DNA of 64,000 nt from positions 26,846,001 to 26,910,000 of the forward strand of contig OZ024757.1 in the NCBI GenBank assembly GCA_964016885.1. The letters run 5' to 3'. A program made the position numbers and the translations under genes. Under the pieces are notes generated by a model. That model saw nothing but the letters and a program-made list of their open reading frames with translations, was not told where the DNA came from and did no database searches. Source of the DNA: Eledone cirrhosa (lineage: Eukaryota). Position 1 is the first letter of the stretch; the number at the start of each line of letters is the position of its first letter. Positions 12,946-44,240 of the stretch are shown here, in pieces.

Positions 12946-15806
12946 GATATATAGTACTGCTTGGCAGTATGGCATTAGGAGTTAGGTAGGGGTAAGACAC
13001 AAACACACAGACACACACACTTTATGTTAGCTAAATGTTTCTGAAAGCTAACTTTCTTGCCTGTGTCTAATGATAATCAGTACAGTTATGCAGAGGAGCT
13101 GGCATGGGACTGCCAGTGATAGAGGGCGCTGGTGGACCTGGTTGGCTCTATGCACAATGATGCTTCTGGGATCGCTGGCTTAGGATGACCCCTGGCTTTG
13201 TCAAGCAAGAGCAAGAAGAAGAACAGTTATTCCTGGTGGATTTTTTCCTCAACATGTTGGGGTGTGTTGGCTCAACTCATATATTGGGGTTATCAAGACT
13301 GGTGAACAGTTAGGGTTGTTTTTTTTGGGGGGGGGGGGGTAATGGAGCAGATAGTTCCATGTAGCTGTCTATCAACCTCAAGCAATGGATTTATTAAATA
13401 ATAATAATAATATAGAGTAAAGTTAATGGATATAATGCACATTTTTATTTTTTTTTTATTTTATCTTTTTTGACTATGAAAAATAGTCCAATAAATATGG
13501 CATATAAGCCCCTGGAAATGAAAACAAGTGGACAGTGACACCTGCAGGTTTTGAACTCACACCTTTCATATATATACCAGAGTAGTATATATACCAGAGT
13601 AGAAACTGACCACTCCTTTTTGTTTTTTTAAACTTTATCAATCAGGCAGAAATTTAAATGTAAATAAACAATCTATTTTTTTTTTAAATTGATCGTTTAT
13701 TTCCATATAAGTAATAATTAATTCTTCGTTATTATGTATTACTACATATAAGTAATAATTGTTTCTACTATTGGCACAAGGCCAGAAAATTACCCAGTAC
13801 ATTACTGGTACTTTATTTTATCGACCCCGTAAGGATGAAAGGCAAAGTTAACCTCGGCGGGATTTGAACTCAGAATGGCAAGGGCAAGTAATAATGCATT
13901 CATAATAGACTAGCAACGCCTTGTGAGTGAAATTTCATAGACGGAAACTGTAGAAGGTAGTCAGAGATAGGCTCAGATCCTATTTGTTTTGTTTTTTTAG
14001 GTCAACAAAATAAAGTACCAGTCATATCCTGAGGTCAATTTGTTCTCTCCCCATCTTTTTCTTTCTTTCTCTGGAAAGAATCAGTTGAGTTGCTCAGATC
14101 TGGAGAGGGATGGACTCTGCTAAAGTGCTCAAGACATGCCAAGTGATAAGACACCAGTATTATGACTCAATCTGACTTTGAGAGTGATATATACCGGCCT
14201 CCCACACATACCTGTCATTGTAAAAGGAGAGTAAGATTTGCTGGCCACTTATGAGGCTGTGTCTGCATTAGTTCTTTGGAAACCACAAGCAGTCACTAAT
14301 ATCAGGGGGCGCAAGCTCTCCTATCCCGATGTCATCTCCAGAGATTCTGGTATTGAAATCCAGGACTTGGCAACGAACGACAGATGATGATGATGATGAT
14401 GATGATGGCTCAATCAGAAGTTATGAGTCCTTTATGCTTAGACTTAACCCATCACCTGGTCAAACAAAACCTACCACCCCACCTAACCTATAGTTGAGTC
14501 CACTAATGCTGTAAGCATTCAGATCAGGTCTCCGATTTAAGGACAAGTTCACCCTACAGTCTCCTTCCAAGGTTCTACGTTTGTTCCCTTCCTCCTACCA
14601 TTTTCCAATGTTTTGTCCCTTTTTCTTCTGATAAAACCTTTAAAATAAAGGGATCCATAAGCTGAAGGAATGACTATATACATCCAGTGAACTAGAAGGG
14701 GTCGTTAGAGCATCAGATTAAATGCCCCATCACACCTATCACCACAACAGCTTTAAATTAATTATCCATTTTATATCTCAATTTGTGAATAATAGCATCA
14801 TTGGTTACAAGTTTCCAATGCACTAATCACTGGTTCACTGTATCTCTGATAGTGAGTGTGATACGGGAGTGTCTGTAACTTGGTGTAGAACAAATATTGC
14901 AAGGAACTTCAAGAACCAGTTTTTAATTTATTTATATATTTACTGATTTTTTTTGTTTGTTTTTCTCGCCAATTGACATCAGCGAAAGTTATATACATAT
15001 ATACACATACAAAGTACTTCCATAGAGTTTCCGTCTACCAAATTCTACTTCAAAGGAATTTATTGACCTAAAGCAATGGTAAAAGACACTTGCCCAAGGT
15101 GCTATGCAATGGGATTGAACCTGGAACGACATATTTCTGAAGTAAACTTCTTAACCCCCCCCCCTCTCCCCCCAAGTCATTGGGTTATTTCCCTTCTATA
15201 CACAAGAGAGAGAGAGAGAGAGAGAGTATGAGTGTAATGACACCGTTTGATTGGACAACAGCTCCTTGCTATTTTCCAATAAACTTCCACTGCTGTGTGC
15301 CAATAAAGGGAGAGCCTCTTAAAGGAAAAAGAGCCTCTACACGATCATTCAACCTGCTAAAAAATAGCAGCTAAACCTGGCTCAAATCACACACTACTGT
15401 TTAAAAAAAAAAAAAAAAAAAAAAACGGCAGATTAGATAATACAGTCCTATATACAATATATCTGGGGAAAATAAAAATAAAGAACCGAGAAAAGAGATT
15501 TAGGCTGGATTATTTGATCACAGATCTGCTGGATCAGCTCAAACCCTGCCATGGGCCTATTGTAGAGGAAATTGTTATCACTATTTTTGTTATTATTATA
15601 TAATGAAATTACCTTATATGAAACACGCACACACACAATAAGAAAGAAAAACCACTGCGTCTGCAAGTTTTGCAGGTAATTTAGGAGCTCTGCTACTACC
15701 ACCGCCACCACCACTATAGTTATTCCTATTAACACCACTAATATGGCATCTGTGTGTTTATCTCTCTCTCTCACTCTTTCTATATATATATATACACACA
15801 CATTAT

Positions 15807-15838
<32 letters not shown>

Positions 15839-16267
15839 CTTTATATACATACATATCTATACGTCTTTATATATATACATACATATACATGTCTATCTAT
15901 ATATAAATATATAACACAAGTTGGCTTTCCTGATGATTTCCTTCGAATGAAACAGTTCTAGTCCTGTAGAAGCCTTTTCTATATTAAATTATATATATAT
16001 AGTTGTGGGTACAAACAAAAGAAAACGGCCATGAACACATAATGTGGAAGTTGAGTATTTATATTAAATTTAACCCTGCACTTCCAGCAGTTTCAAGATG
16101 GAAAAATATCTAAATAATCAGGTGCATTTGAGAAATATATACACCACTTTAATGTCATGATTATCCTGTGAAATTTGAAAATATAGTTATCACAATACAG
16201 CTAACTATAATGATTTCAGATTTAGGTACAAGGCCAACAATTTTGGGGGAAACGAAAAGTCGATTAA

Positions 16268-16692
16268 CCCTTTAACATTTAAACCAGCCATATCCGGCCA
16301 GAATTTTCTCACCTCTTTCTGTTTAAACCAGCTGTAACCGACCACTCAACTGATGTTAAGGTATTGGACTCAAAATAAATAGTATCAAAATCTCATAGAT
16401 TTGATATTATGTGAAATAATTATGTAAGATAAAGCCTTTACCACAAAAATACAATAGTATATATAGAGTTATGTAAATGCTAAAGGGTTAAACCAGCTGT
16501 ATCCGGCCAGAAAACTCTCACCTCTTTCTTTTCAAACTGGCTGTAACCAGTCCATCATACTGACATTAAGGTATTATTCTCAAAATAAATAATATCAAAA
16601 TCTCATAGATTCGATATTATGTTTGATAATTGTGCGAGGTAGTGTTTACCGTGAAAATATAATAGTATATATGTAATGTAAATGCTTAAGGG
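16268..16692. mobile_element. piggyBac-type MITE (tandem, ~2 units) inserted at TTAA inside a SINE
   Basis: TIRs CCCTTTA(G/A)CATTTA...TAAATGCT(A/T)AAGGG with TTAA on both sides; the host SINE reads AAGTCGATTAA|ATTGACC, as in the uninterrupted copy near 18700. Confidence 0.85.
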
Positions 16693-17083
16693 TTAAATTG
16701 ACCCCAGTACATGACTGGTACTTTATTTTATCGACCCCCCCCCCCACCCCCACCCCCGTAAGGATGAAAGACAAAGCTAACCTCGGGAGGATTTGAACTC
16801 AGAATGTAAATGGCCATAACTCTATGCCACTAAGTATGTTGTCTGATGCTCTACCAATTCTGCCAATCCACCACAGCTACCTATAATACTAGTTGATAAC
16901 TAGAGATAATAGTTGAATAAATCAGGTAAAGCACCCCTGAAGACGGAAAAAGTAGACAGGCATCTCTGCCGACATTTAAAAGAAAAACTATAATAATAGT
17001 CAACAATTGTTATTATAGTTATCTGCATTGTGACAACAATATTTTCAAATTTCCTAATGCTTCATAAGCCAACTAGCCCTATT

Positions 17084-17532
17084 AGAGATGGCAACATGAA
17101 TGGATCTGTTATTTTTCTCTAAAAAAATGTTTTTCGTTCCTACCCTGCCCTTCTCCTCAATCTTTTTTCTAATTTCTGATGAAGGACTGGTGTCCAAAAT
17201 GTTAAGGCTCTTTTCCTACTATGTCAAGCGTAAAACTAATAATATATTTCTTCATTGTACTGTGTCGTTTGCTTTGTTATTTCTGTTTGCCTTATGCCTA
17301 CTTATATATATATATGTAAACGGTAAACAGAAATAACACAAACGGTGCAGTATATGGAAGGAATATATTAGTTTAACGCTTAAAATAACAGGAACAGTGT
17401 CTTAACATTTCGGGCGCTAACCCTTCATCAGAAGAAAGAATGAGAAATTCGAAAGATTGAAGGGATGGGCAGGGTGGAATCGCAAAAAATATTTTTAGAG
17501 AAAAATAACAGGTTCATTCATGTCAACATCTC
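17084..17532. mobile_element. Inverted (tail-to-tail) pair of hammerhead-bearing Penelope pLTR-like repeats around a (TA)n
   Basis: 17084-17300 (+, core GAAA mutated to AAAA) and 17316-17532 (-) are diverged reverse complements; another copy at 51848-52050 and a partial copy at 46490-46545. Confidence 0.6.
17400..17435 (-). ncRNA. Minimal type I hammerhead ribozyme
   Basis: TCTT-CTGATGA-AGGG ttagcg CCC-GAAA-TG-TT-AAGA. Confidence 0.65.
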
Positions 17533-17992
17533 CTGGAAAACTGTTGATGCTGGCGTTTTGTGTATGATATAATATATATATATTATATGTATATGTGTAT
17601 ATATATATATGTACGTATGTATGTTTTGCAAGATTCTTAATGTGAAATTGCGTGTTGAAACAAAGACTGGTCTATTTTGGGAAGGTTATGCTGCCAATAA
17701 AAACACACACACACATAAGGGGAGGGTCTCAACCTGCTAGAAGTAGCAGCTGAATCGCCTTCAAATAACACCCTAACGTCTTTTAAAAGAGGAAGGGGAC
17801 ATACTGTAGCATTGGGATGGAGACATAGGTATATTTTAAAAAAAATAATATGTAAAAACATTGAATATTTGTTTATGAATAACAAAAATGACAAATGACC
17901 TGTAGTAGTAGTAGTAGTAGTACCATTGCATGGTAATACTAAGTACTATGAGTAGTAGTAGTATTTGTAACAGTATATTAGCCCTAATATCT

Positions 17993-18023
<31 letters not shown>

Positions 18024-18268
18024 CAGTAGTCATGTAGTAGTAGTAGTAGTCATAGTATGTAGTCGATGGTGATGGTGGGGTATGGTAACAGGACTGCTTT
18101 AGGTGGTGGTACAGCTGTAATAATAGTTAGCAGCAGCTGCAGTTAGTAGTAGTTATAGTAGTAGTAGTAGTAGTAGCTGGCAATGGTTGCTGTAGTAATA
18201 AGTAGTAGTAGTAGTAATCGTAGTAGCAGCAGCAGCAGTGGTGGTGGTGGTTGCTATGGTGAAGGTTG

Positions 18269-36231
<17,963 letters not shown>

Positions 36232-36321
36232 TGAAGATGACTTAACCTAGAATAACACAAAAAGATATTTGTATTATATATATATAGGCTTCTTGCTCAC
36301 ATTCATTTCTCTATTTTCATT

Positions 36322-36368
<47 letters not shown>

Positions 36369-36776
36369 GTGTGTGTGTATAGAGAGAAATCCAGGCAATA
36401 ACAACAACAACAATAAATGATACAAAAGTAAAAGGTCAACTGAATATTTTCATTTTTCAGACCCACAGGGACAAATTTGTTGTTAAACTACACACAAACA
36501 CACCCACATATACACACACACAAACATATATATATATATAATTGTTTCTACTTTAGGCACAAGGCCAGCAATTACCCAGTGCATTACTGGTACTTTATTT
36601 TATCGACCCCGTAAGGATGAAAGGCAAAGTCAACCTCGGCGGGATTTATATATATAATGAGAATTAAGACTATTCCTGCTGACAACATTAAATTATTCCT
36701 AACAAGCTCATATGTCCCAAGGTTCTGATACCATCAACACTATAAACACAGAGCTGGCATATCTAAGAACTGACTA

Positions 36777-36832
36777 ACTGCCTGATGAGGTCATAGCCAT
36801 TCAATGGCTATCATCGAAATATATATAGCAGT
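36777..36832 (+). ncRNA. Type I hammerhead ribozyme (identical to 34969-35024)
   Basis: Same sequence, within a ~170-bp direct repeat. Confidence 0.8.
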
Positions 36833-37337
36833 AAATAAAGGATTATGAGTTCATGCAATTGACTTATGTTTCGTCACTATATATATATATATATACATAT
36901 ATATACACATATATATATATACATAATCACACACAAACAGTGTGCCCCAAAATGCATACACACTTCAACAGCATTCCAATAAATATTGCCTGCATGGGTA
37001 ATCAAAGAGTATATACATTGTTTTGGGACACCACATACCCAGTGACATGATCTCATCAGACAGCTTCTAACATAATAATGTTATATCATTTCATTTCATT
37101 TTTATGTCCGCTTTTTCCCTGCTTGCAAGGGTGGGACGGGAACTGATTCTGGCTTGATTTCTACAGCTGGATGCCCTTCCTAACACCAACCTCATTTACA
37201 GTGATATATATATATATATAACAAAGAAAGTGTGGTAAGATACCAGATGGACCATAACACACCAGAATACTTGATACTTAGAGTAGTAGAGTGGGTAAGG
37301 TAAGAATTATCTTACCTTACTACCTCTTGTATGTATG

Positions 37338-37376
<39 letters not shown>

Positions 37377-37985
37377 TCACATGTCAGGTCACCAGTTGGT
37401 GCTACTGGTAACATGTATCCCAGTACAACCTGTCCCATGGTCGGGTCGTTGGCGACTAAACTGGCAACCCCACCAAGGTTTCTTGGTGAGGAGGGTGACT
37501 TTGGACATCCTGCAGGACTAAAAACAAAACCTGTCAAAGGGCAAAGGAGCTCTTAAGTGTCAATGGCCATCCAAAATCACCGGGAGAGATGACCCCTTAG
37601 CCTTTGTCAAGGCAGAATTCTAGGAGAAGGAAAACTCTGATATAACACCTGCAACCCTGATGGTATCCAATGATGTTGACTTGTTCTTTTTGGTAAATAT
37701 CATCTTGGTTAAGAGAGTGGGACTGGCTTTGTGCAGTACCTTTGCTCACTATAAAAGCTTCACGGTACAGGCATTGCTTTATATCTGGAGATCTCTCTGC
37801 ACTTGTCGTCACATGGTACCATGGGCCCAGCACTATGTGTCAATAATTGTCACAAGTGTAGTGTTTATACCTGAGTCTTCAAGTCGCTGGCTGGACTAAA
37901 AAGTCACACTCGTTCAGCGCATCAGTAGGGGTTCTCCTACATGGATATAAAGTAGTGGCCGTACTCGAAATCGAGTTGGCAGCCA

Positions 37986-38024
<39 letters not shown>

Positions 38025-38585
38025 AAAAGAGTCAGGACCCCGACGGCTGAGCTCCGGCCGTTTCGACAGCTAGATCTGAACTCGGATCTAGCTATCGAAA
38101 TAGCCGGAGCTCAGTCGTCAGGGTCCTGACTATTTTCCTATACATATATATATATATATATATACATGGTGGTGGAAGGGTAGGTAGTAAGGTAAGATAA
38201 TTCTTATAAAATAACCAATCTACTTCTCTTGAAAAACTACCTATCTAGTTTAATCTGTCCCCAACCGACTCCTCTTTCAAATCTAAAATATCAGGAATAT
38301 CATATTAACAAAAAATCAACCCTCAAAACACACAAAAAATAGACCAAAACAAAAGAGCAGTGATTGAAAATCTTACCAATCATCTGAAGAACTTAAAAGG
38401 AAGATTTTATAAATTATGGCAGTGGATATTAAGATTGGGTTTATTTCAGTGTGTTTTTATATCTTTTGTAGTTTCTTTCGCAGATAAAATTTAATATAAA
38501 TAATGAGAAAAAGAATATTCACTACATATATATATATTTGCTACCCAAACACATGTGTGTGTGTGTGTGTGGTGTGTGGTGTGTG

Positions 38586-38647
<62 letters not shown>

Positions 38648-38679
38648 TGCAGATACTTATATATAGTGTATATTGCGAT

Positions 38680-39640
38680 AATGATGATGGAGTGGTGGCG
38701 TTGATAATAATAGTGATGGTGGCAGCAATGATGGTGGTGATGATGGTGGTAGTATAATTGTAGTGGTGATGGTGGTGGTGGAGGTGATGGTGACGATGTG
38801 ATGATAGTGGTGATAGGAATGGTAGTGGCAGTGGTAGTGATGGTCTTGGTGGCAGTAGTAGAAGGAATGGTAGTGGTGGTGGTGGTAGTAGAACAAATGG
38901 TAGTGGTGGTTGTAGTGATGGTAGTGGTGGTGGTAGTAGAACAAATGGTAGTGGTGGTTGTAGTGATGGTAGTGGTGGTGGTAGTAGAACAAATGGTAGT
39001 GGTGGTGGTAGTGATGATAATGGTGGTGGTAGTAGAAGGAATGGTAGTGGTGGTGATAGTGATGGTAGTGGTGATGGTGGTGATGGTAGTGGTGGTGGTG
39101 GTGATGGTAGTGGTGGCGGTAGTGATAATAGTGGTGGTGGTGGTGATGGTAGTGGTGGTGGTTATGATGGTAGTGGTGGTGGTAGAGATAATAGTGGTGG
39201 TGGTAGTAGAAAGAATGGTAGTGGTGGCAGTAGTAGAAGGTATGGTAGTGGTGGTGGTAGAGATGATAGTGGTGGTGCTAGTGGTGATAGTGGTGGTGGT
39301 AGTGATGATAGTGGTGGTGGTAGTGATGATAGTGGTGGTGGTAGTAGTGGTGGTAGTGATGATAGTGATGATAGTGATGATAGTGGTGGTAGTGATGATA
39401 GTGGTGGTGGTAGTGGTGATAGTGGTGGTGGTAGTGGTGATAGTGGTGGTGGTAGTAGTGGTGGTAGTGATGATAGTGATGATAGTGGTGGTGGTAGTGG
39501 TGGTGGTAGTGATGATAGTGGTGGTGGTAGTAGTGATGATAGTGGTGGTGGTAGTGGTGGTGGTAGTGGTGGTGGTAGTGGTGATAGTGGTGGTGGTAGT
39601 AGTGGTGGTAGTGGTGGTGGTAGTGATGATAGTGGTGTTA
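38680..39640. repeat. (GGT/AGT/GAT)n trinucleotide array
   Basis: Direct reading. Confidence 0.95.
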
Positions 39641-39869
39641 GGAATGGTGCTAATGATGCAGACATAACGAGGAAGGGTTGAAAGTAAACGATTTAATTAG
39701 AATAATTCGATGATAGAGTGAGGATGGAGGTGGGGAGTCATGGCTTTCCTTGCCACTGAAGCAGTTAAAAGGTTAATTGCAGTGATGTAGTAGATGATGA
39801 TGATGATGATGATGTATGAACTATGAATATGATTCTTTCCATCTATTTTTTTGTATGTAACACTAATAC

Positions 39870-39900
<31 letters not shown>

Positions 39901-40058
39901 TACATATATGTGTATGTATGTGTGTGTATATATATATATACACCCCAACATCATTTAAATGGATATTAAATGATGATGTACACACATATATATATAGACA
40001 TCTATATACCCACACACATACATATATATATATACAAACACAACACATATATATACAA

Positions 40059-40101
<43 letters not shown>

Positions 40102-40172
40102 ATTTCGATAGGAAAGGTAAAGGAAAAGAGTGCTCTATGTGGGCTACAGAGCTTTTTAGTTATTATCTAATA

Positions 40173-40247
40173 AATTTGTTCTGATGAATGAAGACAGACA
40201 TAAGTGTCAAGCTCGTCTGTCTTCAAGAAACCATTGGTAAATGAATT
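40173..40247 (+). ncRNA. Type I hammerhead ribozyme
   Basis: AATTTGTT-CTGATGA-A TGAAGACAGAC..GTCTGTCTTCA A-GAAA-CCA T TGG-TA-AATGAATT; 11-bp perfect stem II, GUA site. Confidence 0.78.
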
Positions 40248-40275
40248 ACTTATCTTATGTTGTTTATTACATAAC

Positions 40276-40307
<32 letters not shown>

Positions 40308-40494
40308 ACGTATAACTATGGCAGTATATTTAAATAAGTATGTATAGTTTACTTTATTTTAATAGCTAATTAATATCAATATTGATATTTTTCTTCTGAA
40401 TAAACTTTTATTTAAAAATAAAGGGGCATCTTTTACACCTGTGTATATTATATTCTGAAAAAGTCAATACCGTTTATGATGTTTGTATTTCACA

Positions 40495-40810
40495 ATAAAA
40501 GCATCCAGCCCACACTGTAAGGTGGCCATGTAGGTGTCCTGACAAAAAGCATCCAGCCCACACTGTAAGGTGGCTATGCAGGTGTCATGACACAAAGCAT
40601 CCAGCCCACACTGTAAGGTGGCCATGTAGGTGTCATGACAAAAAGCATCCAGCCCACACTGTAAGGTGGCCATGTAGGTGTCATGACAAAAAGCACCCAG
40701 CCCACACTGTAAGGTGGCCATGTAGGTGTCACGACTAAAAGCACCCAGCCCACACTGTAAGGTGGTCATGTAGGTGTCACGACAAAAAAGCACCCAGTCC
40801 ACACTGTAAA
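40495..40810. repeat. 48-bp minisatellite, same SINE segment in the opposite orientation
   Basis: Unit AAAAAGCATCCAGCCCACACTGTAAGGTGGCCATGTAGGTGTCATGAC, ~6.5 copies. Confidence 0.9.
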
Positions 40811-40998
40811 TGTGGTTGGTTTTATGAAGGGCATCTAGCTGTAGAAATCTAGCCAGAAACAGTTCTATATGAGCAGGACATGGTCACCTGACCCGACTTG
40901 CCTCTAATGGAACAACCTGTCTAACCCAAGCTAGTCTGGAAAGATGGATGGTTAAATGATAATGATGATGATGATGATATTTCAAAGAAAATACAAAT

Positions 40999-41158
40999 TA
41001 CCCTATTTCCCGGCATCGAAGACGCTACATTTTCCCTAAAATAAGTCTAAAAAATCTATCATTCGTCCTGGAGGCCGAAGGTTGTTTAATATTTTTGTTC
41101 AAATTTTTGATTGTCAAAATTAGGGTGCATCCTTGATTCAGCGCCAGGAAATATGGTA
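40999..41158. mobile_element. Tc1/mariner-type MITE
   Basis: TACCCTATTTCCCGGC...GCCAGGAAAATATGGTA imperfect TIRs with TA ends. Confidence 0.55.
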
Positions 41159-41896
41159 ATTTTGACACTTGTCATATCTGGGGCAGAGTGAAAAAGAAAA
41201 AAATACAGGAGTATGGAAATTTCTTTTTTTTTAAAATTACATAACAGGTTTGAGTGATGTTGCTTTTGCTGTTGTCATTGTTGCTGTTCTGTCCTAATTC
41301 AGCCTTGACCTATTTAACCTTTGGTTAAAGTATTCCAGCCAGTTTTATCATCTCTTCTTATCTTTCTTGTTTTTTTTTCTAGGTGCAGTGAGGGGGAAGG
41401 GTGATATAAATGAAGGTGGTGTAGGTAGTGGTGGTGGTTTAATGGTAATGGTGGTGGTGGTGGTGTTGATGGTAATGGCAGGTGACAATGATAATGATGA
41501 TGATGATGGTAATGAGATTGGTGACAATGGTGATGATAGTAATGATGGTGGTGACGGTGGTCGTGATGCTGATGGTGATTGTAACCAGGCTGGTAACTAT
41601 GGTAATGGTGATGGTAATGGTGGTGACGACGGTAGTAGTGAATTTTAATTAGTAAGCAAAATTATGCGAGTCAGTGTGTGGAACAGTTGGAGTGGGGTAG
41701 ATGGCCTGATTAAGGATGTATGTGTGTGGAGGAGGTCTGGAGTTCTACTTCTTGTTGGTTTTAATTTCCCTTGTAATCGTATACTAATTACAAGCCACAC
41801 ACAGAGTGGACCCTGTGCCAGAGAAAAGGTCAAAAGAATTTCATGAGCATTTCTTCATCTGAGGAAGATGACAAGCTAATAAAAATGTTTAATAGT

Positions 41897-41929
<33 letters not shown>

Positions 41930-41998
41930 TACGTACATACATATCAAGTTTAAAACTAATAATATATTTCTTCACTGTGTCGTTTTTTGTTTGCTTTT

Positions 41999-42036
<38 letters not shown>

Positions 42037-42588
42037 TTTTAATATAGATGAGATTCTACAGGACTAGAACTGTTTCATTCTTTAGAAATCATAAAGAATG
42101 AAACAGTTCTAGTCCTGTAGAATCTCATCTATATTAAAACTTTTATACTCTGCAATGTATTGAGTACCTTACTTACTGTGGTTACCTCCGATTCAACCCG
42201 GAATAACGTATATATATATATATATACACATATATACATATATATATACATAAATATATGTGTAGTGAAGGCATGTGGCTGAGTGGTTAGAGAATTGGAT
42301 TCACAATCGTGAGATTGTTGGTTCGATTCCTGGACCGAGCGATGCATTATGTCCTTGAGCAAGACACTTTATTTCATGCTGCTCCTTTTACATGGAGTTA
42401 CGACTGATAGATAGTACTAGGAAAAACCAATGGAAACATTGTTTCCTTGGTCCGATTTGACGAAAGTCGATCGACTGTCTATATACACACATATATACAC
42501 ATATATATTTAAAAAAAGGAAAAGAATGACTTCACTTGTAGTTCTAAACAATTTGATTTAATTTTATAATATTATGATTTGGTAGATC

Positions 42589-42686
42589 TCAGTTTTTTGG
42601 GGATCGAAAAGGCACCGTGTTTATTGACTATCTTCAAAAGGGCCACAACATCAATGGAGAGTACTCTGCCAACTTGCTTAGGCAGA
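42589..42686 (+). mobile_element. mariner transposase fragment (frameshifted)
   Basis: SVFW/DRKGTVFIDYLQKGHNINGEYSANLLRQ. Confidence 0.75.
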
Positions 42687-43348
42687 TACCATTGTGTGGG
42701 TCCCTGTATGCTGTTAGAGGTGTATAAAAAGGGTTGGTGAGAGGATGGGCATTCTGTCATAGAATAGTTTCTCAGAAAACACATCAAATCTATGGCAGCA
42801 TTGGAAGGTGGACGTATAAAGATGGACATACAAAGATTGACATACAATGATGGACATACAATGGACATACACTGATGGACATACAATAATGGACATACAA
42901 TAATGGACATTCACTGATGGACATACAAAGGTGGACATACAATGATAGACATATAATGAACACACACTGATAGACATACAATGATGGACATACAACGATG
43001 GACATACAACGATGGACATACAACGATGGACATACAATGATGGACATAAAGGAGGGGAGGAAGTGGATGAGGAAGAGAAAGAAAGAAGAAGAACAACAAA
43101 GAGAAACACAAAGAAAAAAACAACATGAAAGAAACTGTATTGATCCAACTGTGTTGGACAAAAAATGATTTTTACATGTTCTGGAAACTTTCACACACAA
43201 CCCTCATCCCTTCCCTCTCTCTCCTCTTCTGATCCCTTTGCCTTTCACTCCTATCTATCTACCTCACATTTTCATTCTGCTCTCTCTCTCTTCTGCTCTC
43301 TCACCCCCCTCTCTCTTTCCCTTTCTAATCTGTTATTTCCACCTTTCT

Positions 43349-43395
<47 letters not shown>

Positions 43396-43478
43396 TACAT
43401 CTGCATTATGTCCCCTTCCTTCTCTCTCCCCCTCTCTCTTGTTTCTACTTTATTCCCCCCCCCCTCTCTCTGTTCTAC

Positions 43479-43519
<41 letters not shown>

Positions 43520-43521
<2 letters not shown>

Positions 43522-43922
43522 GTTCTCTCTCTCTCTCTCTGTTTTCTACTGTCTCTCTCTGTTCTACTGTATCTCTCTCTCTCTCTCTCTGTTCTACTGT
43601 ATCTCTCTCTCTCTCTCTCTCTGTTCTACTGTATCTCTCTCTCTCTCTCTCTGTTCTACTGTATCTCTCTCTCTCTCTCTCTGTTCTACTGTATCTCTCT
43701 CTCTCTCTCTCCCTCTCTGTTCTACTGTATCTCTCTCTCTCTGTTCTACTGTATCTCTCTCTCTCTCTGTTCTACTGTATCTCGCTCTCTCTTTCCCTCT
43801 CTGTTCTACTGTATCTCTCTCTCTCTCTCTGTTCTATTGTATCTCTCTCTCTCTCTCTCTCTCTCTGTTCTACTGTATCTCTCTCTCTCTCTCTCCCTCT
43901 CTGTTCTACTGTATCTCTCTCT
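43520..43922. repeat. (CT)n-GTTCTACTGTAT composite minisatellite
   Basis: Direct reading. Confidence 0.9.
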
Positions 43923-44149
43923 ACTAATCATTTACAAATTATAGGAATTAAAATATCTTTGAAAGATATTTTCCATAAATTCAATACTTATTGATTAGAG
44001 GAGGAGGCCATAGTTAATTATTGATCTTACACACAAATACACACATATACATACACACATACACTCACATACGTGTACATGTAATATACGTTTTGTATTT
44101 AGACACACACGCACACACACACATATGTATATACAAACACACATCCATG

Positions 44150-44183
<34 letters not shown>

Positions 44184-44206
44184 TGGAGATGTGTGTATAT
44201 ACACTT

Positions 44207-44240
<34 letters not shown>

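Noticed and set aside
16933-16985. CTGAAGA...GACA hammerhead-like stretch (also ~24440)
   Set aside because: Core and stems too degenerate to support
37905-37990. Possible HDV-like ribozyme at a LINE 5' end
   Set aside because: Could not assemble a convincing nested double pseudoknot by eye
38657-39667. Poly-Val, poly-His and poly-Pro ORFs
   Set aside because: Trinucleotide repeat
41367-41648. Gly/Asp-rich ORF after a TTCTAG acceptor
   Set aside because: Degenerate GGT/GAT repeat with no partner exons
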